Below the pieces are notes generated by a model. That model did no database searches. It was not told the origin of the DNA and saw nothing but the letters and a program-made list of their open reading frames with translations. A stretch of 64,000 nt of DNA. It comes from Frankiales bacterium. Its GTDB lineage: Bacteria; Actinomycetota; Actinomycetes; JAFAQI01. Positions 42,630-50,412 of the stretch are shown in pieces; positions within the stretch are counted from its first letter, which is position 1, and the number at the start of each line of letters is the position of its first letter. The DNA lies in NCBI GenBank assembly GCA_025980465.1, contig JAICXJ010000009.1, positions 885 through 64,884 on the forward strand. The letters run 5' to 3'. Position numbers and translations under genes: made by a program.

Positions 42630-43849
42630 CCGAATCCCGACCCGGCCGAGGCAGCGACAGCTGGCCGAGCGTCCGCCGCCCCGTCTATGCGGTGCTGGGG
42701 ATCGGCTTGTTGGCACGCCTGGTCCTGGACTTCGCAACCGGAAGCAACGGCGACATCGACCACACCGGCCAGCTCGCTGCCGTCCTGATCCACCATCCGC
42801 TGTCGGCGTACTCGTTCCAACACACCGCCATCTACCCGTACCCGCCCGGCTACTTCGGCGTATTCGCGGCGACCAAGTGGTTCAGCGACGCCACCGGTGT
42901 CGCGTTCCACAACCTCGAGCGGCTCCCAGTGATCGCGGCAGACCTGGCGATTGCCTGGATCGTCGCGCGTTGGCTGGCGGACCGAGGCGGTTCCGTACGA
43001 CGCTGCACCGTTGGGGCCGCTCTGATCGCGCTCAACCCGCTGTTCATCGCGATCTCGGGATTCCACGGCCAGCTCGACCCGATCTCAACCGCCTGCGCGG
43101 TGGCGGCACTCTGGGCGTGGAGCCGGCTGCCGATCGGCCGGCGGGCCTACGTCGCCGGAGCGCTGCTCGGCGTCGGGGCCGCCGTGAAACCGGCACCGAC
43201 GGTGGTCATCGTGGCGTTGCTGGTGATCTGCGACAGCCTGCGCGAAGCGGCGAAGCTGGTGGTGCCGTTCGCCGTGATCCTCGCCGGCGCGTTAGCCCCA
43301 TGGCTGATCGCCAGTTGGTCAGCCACCACGACCTGGCTTCGCTATCAGGGCTTGCCCGGGATCGGCGGCCTGTCCCTGCTCGCGGAGCCGCGCGCCGCAA
43401 CGCTGTGGTTGTCGGGGGTGATCGTGCATCCGAACGGAGCACTTCGCCAGCTCGAACGACATGCCGACGCAGCGACGCTGGTCGCGCTGGCCATAGCGGC
43501 AGTTGTGGTCGCGCTACGTCGGTCCCGGCCCGACGTGGGCGCGTTGCTGATGGTGTTGCCGTTGTACGTTCTCGGCGTCAACCTCAGCGTCCACTACTCG
43601 GTGTGGGTCCTGCCGCTGCTGATCCTCGCCGCACCTCGGGCTGCCGCCGCGGTAGCCGTCGTACTGCTCATCCCGGGGACGTTCGTGTACCTGCCATTCA
43701 TCCGGGGCGAACTGGCTTCGCCGGCGAGCCCGTGGAGCGCCGGCGTGGTCGAGGCGGTCTATGACCCGGTCGTCTTCGGGCTGATGCTTGCTTCGGCGGT
43801 CGGCTTCGTCGTGGTGGCGGCCAGGTCACGGCGCCAGGACATAATCTGA
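42626..43849 (+). CDS. GT-C fold membrane glycosyltransferase (GT87/mannosyltransferase-like)
   Basis: Polytopic; YPYPP, ADL, LNP, HGQLD, K-P motifs. Confidence 0.75.
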   Translation: MTESRPGRGSDSWPSVRRPVYAVLGIGLLARLVLDFATGSNGDIDHTGQLAAVLIHHPLSAYSFQHTAIYPYPPGYFGVFAATKWFSDATGVAFHNLERLPVIAADLAIAWIVARWLADRGGSVRRCTVGAALIALNPLFIAISGFHGQLDPISTACAVAALWAWSRLPIGRRAYVAGALLGVGAAVKPAPTVVIVALLVICDSLREAAKLVVPFAVILAGALAPWLIASWSATTTWLRYQGLPGIGGLSLLAEPRAATLWLSGVIVHPNGALRQLERHADAATLVALAIAAVVVALRRSRPDVGALLMVLPLYVLGVNLSVHYSVWVLPLLILAAPRAAAAVAVVLLIPGTFVYLPFIRGELASPASPWSAGVVEAVYDPVVFGLMLASAVGFVVVAARSRRQDII

Positions 43850-43853
43850 GCTG

Positions 43854-44984
43854 GTGAGCGCCACTGGGGGAGCCCATCGCGACCGGCTCGCGGCAGCTGC
43901 CGCCTCGGCCGCGGCTGCCGGCATCGACACCCTGCTGATCACGCCCGGCGCAGACCTGCGCTACCTCGTCGGTTACGACGCGCTTCCGCTCGAGCGGCTC
44001 ACCTGCCTCGTCGTCCCGGCCGGCGGACCCGCGACCCTCGTCGTCCCTCGCCTGGAGCTGGGCGCGGCGAGCGCCAGCGGCGCCGGTGAGGTCGTCACCG
44101 TCATCACGCACGAAGAGACCGACGACGCCTTCGCGCTAGCGGCTCGACATGCCAGCGAGGCGCTCGGGCGCGAGCCGCGGACCGTCGGGGTGTCCGACCG
44201 GATGTGGGCGGAGCAGGTGCTGCGGTTCCGCAGCATTCTCCCCGGCGCGGAGCAGCGGACGGCGGGCGAGGTGCTGCGACCGCTGCGGCTGCGCAAGCGG
44301 CCGGACGAGATCGACGCGTTGCGGGGCGCCGCCCAGGCGATCGACCGGGTGCACGCGCGCATGGGGGAGTGGCTGCGGCCCGGGCGCACCGAGAGCACCG
44401 TCGGGCGGGACATCGCCGACGCGATCATCGCGGAGGGTCACGCCGCGGTGAACTTCGTGATCGTCGGCTCGGGACCAAACGGTGCGAGTCCGCATCACCA
44501 CACCGCCGAGCGGGTGATCGAGGTCGGCGATCCGGTCGTCGTCGACATCGGCGGCACGATGCCCGACGGCTACTGCTCGGACTGCACCCGCACCTACGTG
44601 GCGGGCGGCAAGGCACCGAGCGACTTCGCCGAGTACTACCAGGTGCTTCTCGCCGCTCAGAAGTCGAGCTGCGAGGTCGTGCGCCCCGGCGTCACCTCCC
44701 ACAGCGTCGACGCGGCGGCACGCGAGGTAATCGCCGATGCCGGGTACGGCGAGCTGTTCATCCATCGGACCGGGCACGGGATCGGGCTCGAGGAGCACGA
44801 GGAGCCCTACATCGTCGCCGGCAGCGAGGTCGTGCTCGAGCCCGGCATGTGCTTCTCGATCGAGCCTGGGATCTACGCGTCGGGCCGGCACGGCGCCAGG
44901 ATCGAGGACATCGTCGTCGTCACCGAGGACGGCGTCGAACGGCTCGACACCATCGACCGCGAGCTCGCGGTGCTCAGCGGCTGA
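43854..44984 (+). CDS. Xaa-Pro peptidase (M24B)
   Basis: DIGG, YCSDCTRT, HRTGHGIG, EPGIY, RIED. Confidence 0.94.
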   Translation: MSATGGAHRDRLAAAAASAAAAGIDTLLITPGADLRYLVGYDALPLERLTCLVVPAGGPATLVVPRLELGAASASGAGEVVTVITHEETDDAFALAARHASEALGREPRTVGVSDRMWAEQVLRFRSILPGAEQRTAGEVLRPLRLRKRPDEIDALRGAAQAIDRVHARMGEWLRPGRTESTVGRDIADAIIAEGHAAVNFVIVGSGPNGASPHHHTAERVIEVGDPVVVDIGGTMPDGYCSDCTRTYVAGGKAPSDFAEYYQVLLAAQKSSCEVVRPGVTSHSVDAAAREVIADAGYGELFIHRTGHGIGLEEHEEPYIVAGSEVVLEPGMCFSIEPGIYASGRHGARIEDIVVVTEDGVERLDTIDRELAVLSG

Positions 44985-46123
44985 TGGCCGTCGATCGTGC
45001 CCTGCCGAGCGAGGATGCTCGACAGCTCCTGTCCCTCGCCCGCGAAATCGCGCAGGCAGAGGTAGCGCCGCACGCCGCGGCCTTCGAGGAACGCAGCGAG
45101 TTCCCCCGCGAAATCCTCCGGTTGCTCGGCCGCGCCGGTCTGCTCGGCCTGGCCTACCCGGAGCAGTACGGCGGCGGGGACGTGCCCTACGAGGTCTACC
45201 TCCAGGTCCTCGAGGAGCTCGGCTCAGCTTGGGCAGCGGTGGGCGTCGCGGTGAGCGTCCACACCCTGAGCTGTTATCCAGTCATGGCGTTCGGCACCGA
45301 ACAGCAGCGCAGCCGGTGGCTGCCCGACATGCTCGGTGGCGAACTTCTCGGCGCGTACTGCCTGTCCGAAGCCGGATCCGGATCGGACGCCGGCTCACTC
45401 CAAGCGCGGGCGGTGCGGGTCGGCGACAGCTACACCCTCACCGGCACGAAGGCCTGGGTCACCCATGGCGGCGTCGCGGATTACTACAACGTCTTCTGCC
45501 GCACGGCCGATGACCGCCGCGGTGTGTCGACCTTCCTGGTGCCGGCGGACACTGTGGGCCTGCTGCCCCAGCCGCCCGAGCGCAAGATGGGACTGCGGGC
45601 CTCGCCAACCGCTCAGATCGTCCTCGACAACGTCGCGGTCGAGGCAGAGCGGCTGATCGGCAACGAAGGAGACGGCCTGCGAATCGCGCTGTCCGCGCTC
45701 GATGGCGGCAGGCTCGGGATCAGCGCAGTCGCCACCGGGGTCGCGCAGGCGGCACTCGATGCGGCGGTGTCGTGGGCCAAGGAACGTCACCAGTTCGGCC
45801 GGCCGATCGCGGACAACCAGGGGGTGAGCTTCCTGCTCGCCGACATGGCGACCGGCGTCGAGGCGGCCCGTTCGACGTACCTGGCTGCCGCCCGGCGCCG
45901 CGACGCCGGCGATTCCTACGTCGAGCAGGCGGCGATGGCGAAGCTGTTTGCCACTGACACTGCGATGCAGGTGACGACCGACGCCGTGCAGGTGTTCGGC
46001 GGCTACGGCTACACCGCGGAGTACCCGGTCGAGCGCTACCTGCGCGAAGCGAAGGTGATGCAGATTTTCGAAGGGACCAACCAAATCCAGCGCCTGGTCA
46101 TCGGAAGGACCTTGCTGTCCTGA
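44984..46123 (+). CDS. Acyl-CoA dehydrogenase
   Basis: LSEAGSGSD, GTKAWVT, RHQFG, GGYGY, IFEGTNQIQ. Confidence 0.95.
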   Translation: MAVDRALPSEDARQLLSLAREIAQAEVAPHAAAFEERSEFPREILRLLGRAGLLGLAYPEQYGGGDVPYEVYLQVLEELGSAWAAVGVAVSVHTLSCYPVMAFGTEQQRSRWLPDMLGGELLGAYCLSEAGSGSDAGSLQARAVRVGDSYTLTGTKAWVTHGGVADYYNVFCRTADDRRGVSTFLVPADTVGLLPQPPERKMGLRASPTAQIVLDNVAVEAERLIGNEGDGLRIALSALDGGRLGISAVATGVAQAALDAAVSWAKERHQFGRPIADNQGVSFLLADMATGVEAARSTYLAAARRRDAGDSYVEQAAMAKLFATDTAMQVTTDAVQVFGGYGYTAEYPVERYLREAKVMQIFEGTNQIQRLVIGRTLLS

Positions 46124-46184
46124 CCGGCCCGCAGTTAATGGCAACCCGGGATCTCGGGAAGCCCTGGCGAGGATCGCCCCGTGG

Positions 46185-46919
46185 TCAGACCGGCTCCATC
46201 GCTGGTTCGGGTTGCGGGTGCGGCACGACGATGTCGGCCGCGACCGCACTCGCTGCCGGGTAGAGCACATACACGACGCCAACGGCAGCGGCTCCGCCGA
46301 TGAGCTGCATGAGGACGAACATCGGGACGGAACTCGGCGCGATCCCAGCGAAGGTGTTGGACAGCGTCCGGGAGACGTCGATCATGGGGTTGGCAAAGCT
46401 GGTCGACGATGACCACCAGTACGCCGCGGTGATGTACGCGCCGACGGCGAACGGTGCGCTAGCAGCGCGGTCGGTTCGGGCCAGGCCGAAGATCAGCACG
46501 ATCAGGCCGAAGGTAGCGAGCACCTCCGAGAGCCAGAGTCCTCCTGATGACCGGTGGTGGCTGGAGATCGTCAACGGCTTCAGGTGGAACATCAGGTTCG
46601 CCGCGATTGCCCCGACCACGCCGCCCGCGAACTGGGTCGGCAGGTAGACCGCGACTTGCCGGTTGGTGAGGCCACCAAACGCCCGGTCGGCAAGCGTCAC
46701 GACGGGATTGAAGTGGCCGCCTGACACCGGGCCGAACGCGAGGATCAGCGCGAGCAGCCCACAACCGGTGATGAGGGCGTTCTCGAGCAACTCGAGACCG
46801 ATGTCACCGGGGGAGAGGTGCTGGGCGGCGACGCCGCAGCCGATCACGACGGCGACCAGACCGGCAGAGCCGAGGAACTCGGCCAACGCCTGTCGCACCA
46901 GCAGCGGAGCCGACCGCAT
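46185..46919 (-). CDS. MIP/aquaporin channel, arsenic-associated AqpS type
   Basis: AEFLG, SGGHFNPVVT, SSTSFANPM; translationally coupled to the ArsR gene. Confidence 0.88.
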   Translation of the reverse strand: MRSAPLLVRQALAEFLGSAGLVAVVIGCGVAAQHLSPGDIGLELLENALITGCGLLALILAFGPVSGGHFNPVVTLADRAFGGLTNRQVAVYLPTQFAGGVVGAIAANLMFHLKPLTISSHHRSSGGLWLSEVLATFGLIVLIFGLARTDRAASAPFAVGAYITAAYWWSSSTSFANPMIDVSRTLSNTFAGIAPSSVPMFVLMQLIGGAAAVGVVYVLYPAASAVAADIVVPHPQPEPAMEPV

Positions 46920-47272
46920 CAGCAGCAGTTGGGGTCGATGACCCGGCACAGCGCGACCAGGGAGTTGCGGCGCGCGCGGTAGTACACATTCATCCCACGG
47001 CGCTCGCCGTCGCTGATGAGCCCGGCCTTCTTCAGGACGGACAGGTGGTGGCTGACCGTGGCTTCGGTGACGCCGAGAGCCGGAGCGAGGTCACAGGTGC
47101 AGATCTCGTCCTCGGCCAGCAGCAGCGAGACGAGCCGGACCCGCACCGGGTCGGCCAGGGCCTTCAGACGCAGGGCAACCTCAAGCGCGTCGTCCGGGGA
47201 CATCGGCGCTGCCGCGACCGGCGAGCAACAGATCGGACCGGACGTGTCGATCAGCGGAAGGGCCTTGGGCAC
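46919..47272 (-). CDS. ArsR-family regulator (Rv2640c-like)
   Basis: PKALP..CC, KALADPVR, CTCDL, TVSHHL, terminal CC. Confidence 0.9.
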   Translation of the reverse strand: MPKALPLIDTSGPICCSPVAAAPMSPDDALEVALRLKALADPVRVRLVSLLLAEDEICTCDLAPALGVTEATVSHHLSVLKKAGLISDGERRGMNVYYRARRNSLVALCRVIDPNCC

Positions 47273-47290
47273 TAGATCATCGTCGCAGGG

Positions 47291-47345
47291 ATTTGACATA
47301 TGTCAAATATATTGCCACGGTGGCATGAGTTAGACGAATATCTAA
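47291..47345. promoter_or_regulatory. Two ArsR-type operator palindromes in a divergent promoter
   Basis: Perfect ATTTGACATATGTCAAAT 47291-47308; TTAGACGAATATCTAA 47330-47345. Confidence 0.8.
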
Positions 47346-47362
47346 GACCCTAGGAGGTCACC

Positions 47363-47815
47363 ATGTCCCGCGTCCAGCTCGCTCTCAACGTCGATGACCT
47401 CGATGAGGCGATCGGCTTCTACTCCAAGCTGTTCGGCACCGAGCCGGCGAAGGTCCGGCCCGGCTACGCGAACTTCGCGGTGACCAATCCGCCGCTCAAG
47501 CTGGTCCTGCTCGAGAACCCCGGCCGCGGCGGGAGTCTGAATCACCTCGGGGTGGAGGTCACGTCGACCGATGAGGTCAACGCCGAGCAGACCCGGCTAC
47601 GTGCGGTCGGTCTCGCCTCAGCCGATGAGCGGCAGACCACGTGTTGCTACGCGACGCAGGACAAGTTCTGGGTCGAGGGTTCCCCGAACGGCGAGCGCTG
47701 GGAGATCTACGCCGTCCTCGCCGACAGCGACACGTTCGGCGCCGAGAGCGGGGTTGTTGACTGCGCGTGCGGATCCGCGGCCGCAGCCACCGCGGAGGTG
47801 TGCTGCGCCGGCTGA
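47363..47815 (+). CDS. ArsI/CadI VOC-family metalloenzyme (C-As lyase-like)
   Basis: RVQLALNV, NHLG, CCYATQDKFWV, WEIY. Confidence 0.92.
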   Translation: MSRVQLALNVDDLDEAIGFYSKLFGTEPAKVRPGYANFAVTNPPLKLVLLENPGRGGSLNHLGVEVTSTDEVNAEQTRLRAVGLASADERQTTCCYATQDKFWVEGSPNGERWEIYAVLADSDTFGAESGVVDCACGSAAAATAEVCCAG

Positions 47816-48161
47816 CCCCGGCGGGGGGCAACGCCGACAGTCGGGCGAGCCTGCCACTAGCGACAATTCGGACACCGGCACCACGCGCCACACCGACATC
47901 CTGGGTCACAGTTGGGTCACAATTGTCCTTGACCTCACCCTTTCGTTGACTTAAGCGAGAGAGGATGGCGGCCGATCGGAGAAGTGAAGCCGGCAACCGC
48001 CGGTTTCATGGGACACGGTGATCCGAGTGACCCTCACCGACTCCCGGCGCGTTCGCGCGGCGGGGGCACGGAGAAAGACGGTCGCCTAGGTTGCTCGGGG
48101 AGTGAATGGCGAGACCGGCCCGACCGGATGGGGCGCAAGCCCTGATGGACGGGAGCACTCT

Positions 48162-48401
48162 ATGCGCACGGTCCTCAACAGGTCGGCGGGGCGCGCCTCG
48201 TTCATCCTTGCTATTGCCGGGATGGTGGGCAGCGTGGCGTTCCCCGCCGTACCAGCGCTGGCAAGAGCCGCGGGTCATCACTCGCAGCGCCCTGCCGTGA
48301 TCAAGCACCAGCCTGGTGCCCGGACGGGCAACACTGTCCGGCTCGGCCCTGCTGTTGCCTATGTTCGCGGCAAGGACGGCGTGGTTCGTCGGGTTCGCTG
48401 A
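48162..48401 (+). CDS. Small secreted basic protein, 79 aa, unknown function
   Basis: GGGAG RBS, signal-peptide-like N-terminus ending ALA, strong hairpin downstream. Confidence 0.55.
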   Translation: MRTVLNRSAGRASFILAIAGMVGSVAFPAVPALARAAGHHSQRPAVIKHQPGARTGNTVRLGPAVAYVRGKDGVVRRVR

Positions 48402-48430
48402 CGAGCTGACGCCGGCCGGCCCAGCACGAC

Positions 48431-48472
48431 AGAGGCGCCGCTCCATCCACGTGGCGGAGCGGCGCCTCTTCA
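48431..48472 (+). terminator. Probable intrinsic terminator
   Basis: Perfect 14-bp stem AGAGGCGCCGCTCC / GGAGCGGCGCCTCT with a weak T tail. Confidence 0.7.
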
Positions 48473-48520
48473 TGTCGTGTCCGAAGCGATTTGGTGCCAA
48501 TGGCACTAAGGTTCACCCTC

Positions 48521-48961
48521 GTGGAGGACGTCGACCGCTCAATTGTGCGGCTGCTGAGCGAGGACGGCCGGAGAAGTTTCACCGATCTGTCCCGTGACAC
48601 CGGGCTATCGGTCTCAGCCGTCCACCAGCGAGTACGGCGTCTGGAACAGCGCGGCGTCATCCGCGGCTACCGGGCAATCGCCGACCCGGTCGAGCTCGGC
48701 TTGCCGGTCACCGCATTCATCTCGATCAAGCCGATCGATCCCAGCGGCCCCGACGACGCGCCGGAACGGCTGTCCCATCTGCGCCAGATCGAGGCCTGTC
48801 ACAGCGTGGCGGGGGACGAGAACTACATCTTGAAAGTGCGCGTCGCGTCGCCTGCCGACCTCGAGTCGCTGCTGCAGGAGATCCGCGCCGCAGCGAGTGT
48901 GTCGACACGGACATCTGTCGTTTTGTCGACACCGTACGAGGATCGTCCGCCCGCGCTGTGA
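48521..48961 (+). CDS. Lrp/AsnC family regulator
   Basis: DGRRSFTDL, GLSVSAVHQRVRRLE, CHSVAGDENY. Confidence 0.94.
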   Translation: MEDVDRSIVRLLSEDGRRSFTDLSRDTGLSVSAVHQRVRRLEQRGVIRGYRAIADPVELGLPVTAFISIKPIDPSGPDDAPERLSHLRQIEACHSVAGDENYILKVRVASPADLESLLQEIRAAASVSTRTSVVLSTPYEDRPPAL

Positions 48962-49860
48962 CCAGTTCCGCCGGCCGGTTGCCGACGTTTCTCATCATCG
49001 GGGCGCAGAAGTCAGGCACGACGAGCCTGCACCGGCTGCTCCAGCAGCACCCCGAGGCGTTCCTGTGTGACCCCAAGGAACCCGACTTCTTCAGCTCGCC
49101 GCAGGCCTGGGGGAGAGGGGTGGGCTGGTACCGGTCGCTGTTCGCCGCGGCCGGCGACGCCGGCGCGATCGGTGAGGCCTCGACGACGTACTCGATGTAC
49201 CCCCACTACGCCGGCGTCGTGGACCGGGCGCTCTCGGTCCTGCCGGAACCAAAGATCGTCTATCTGACCCGCGAGCCGCTGGCCCGGATGCGGTCGGCGT
49301 ACCAACACGCGCTGAGTTGGGGGACCGAGACCCGACCGATCGGCACCGCCCTCTTAGAAGACCCGCGCTACCTGCTGACGAGTAGCTACGCCCTCCAGGC
49401 CGACCAGTGGCTCGCCCAGATCCCTCGCGAGCGGCTCCTGCTGCTCAGCCTCGAGGATCTCGGCGCCGATCCGGCCAGAGTGCTCGAGCGGGCGCTCCGC
49501 TTCCTCGGGATCGACGCCAGCTGGCAACCCGCTGCCGATCCGGCGCCACAGAACACCAGCGCCGGCAAGCGGGCTCCGCGGGCTTGGTGGCGGGGGGCGG
49601 GCGGCCTGATGCTGCGTCACGACAAGACCCACTGGGCGCCGCACTGGCTGGCGCGACTCGACGAGCGCCGCTCGCCGTTGGTCCGCCGCGAGATCTCCGG
49701 GGCCGAACTGGAGATTCCGGCGGCAATCGCCGACAGTCTGCGGCGCGCGTTGGCCCCGGACCTGGCCCGGCTAGGTCAGATCTGGACGGATTCGTTTCCG
49801 GGGTGGCTGGATAATCAGTCGGACCGTTCTCAGATATCTCTACCTAAAGTCGAGGGTTAG
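48958..49860 (+). CDS. PAPS-dependent sulfotransferase
   Basis: IIGAQKSGTTSL, KEPDFF, GEAST, REPLARMRS. Confidence 0.9.
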   Translation: MTSSAGRLPTFLIIGAQKSGTTSLHRLLQQHPEAFLCDPKEPDFFSSPQAWGRGVGWYRSLFAAAGDAGAIGEASTTYSMYPHYAGVVDRALSVLPEPKIVYLTREPLARMRSAYQHALSWGTETRPIGTALLEDPRYLLTSSYALQADQWLAQIPRERLLLLSLEDLGADPARVLERALRFLGIDASWQPAADPAPQNTSAGKRAPRAWWRGAGGLMLRHDKTHWAPHWLARLDERRSPLVRREISGAELEIPAAIADSLRRALAPDLARLGQIWTDSFPGWLDNQSDRSQISLPKVEG

Positions 49861-50092
49861 TGTCGTGTTGGCAAAGATCATCTCGCGCTTCGGTCTGAGC
49901 GGGGGGCAAGGCGCGTTGGACGGGACGACCGTGGTCGATCGTCAGGTTTGGTGCCGAATCCGGGCCGCAGCGCCCCGACAGCCTCGCGGGTTACCAACAG
50001 GGGCTGTGGAGGAGAATTCACTGAATTTGATCAAGATCGTCGATCACCGGCCTGACCTGCAGTTTCGGGCGTTTTCGCAGGTCAAGGCGGTG

Positions 50093-50123
50093 TTGACAGC
50101 CACGGGCCCTCGGGCGCTAGGTT
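50093..50123 (+). promoter_or_regulatory. Housekeeping-sigma promoter preceded by a TGACCTGC-N16-GCAGGTCA inverted repeat (50053-50084)
   Basis: TTGACA 50093-50098, 19-nt spacer, TAGGTT 50118-50123. Confidence 0.6.
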
Positions 50124-50129
50124 GCCTGC

Positions 50130-50412
50130 CGTCCACCACAGGGACGTTCGACCTTCACCGCGGTGACGATTCCGGGGATACCGGCTGGCCGGTCGGCGCG
50201 ATGCGTGCACCCGCATCCGTCGAGCTGGTGCCAGGTCCAGTTGGCCCCCGGCGCGTCATGAGCGACAAGGGCGAGCGTGGTGCGACTACTCGGGACAGGC
50301 CCGGGTGCCCAGTAGACAACGGCACTGAGGCGGCTGCCGGCCGCCACAGGGTCGGTCCGAAGGGCACCCGGGCCGGATCCGTTTCCGGCCCGAGGCGAAC
50401 CGTGCCGCCCGG
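50130..50412 (+). ncRNA. Candidate structured ncRNA or cis-regulatory leader upstream of lnt; family not recognised
   Basis: Nested helices 50172-50251, perfect 13-bp stem 50298-50310/50362-50374, alternative pairings, own promoter. Confidence 0.55.

Noticed and set aside
48100-48160. Possible c-di-GMP-I (GEMM) or c-di-AMP riboswitch
   Set aside because: Only a GCAA tetraloop hairpin resembles GEMM; the conserved cores of both classes are absent. Kept as an unnamed structure.
50130-50412. Ms1/6S RNA, group I or II intron, or cobalamin riboswitch
   Set aside because: A GTGCG and a CTACT/AGTAG pair are present, but there is no domain V, no B12 box, no Ms1-like sequence I recognise and no interrupted gene.
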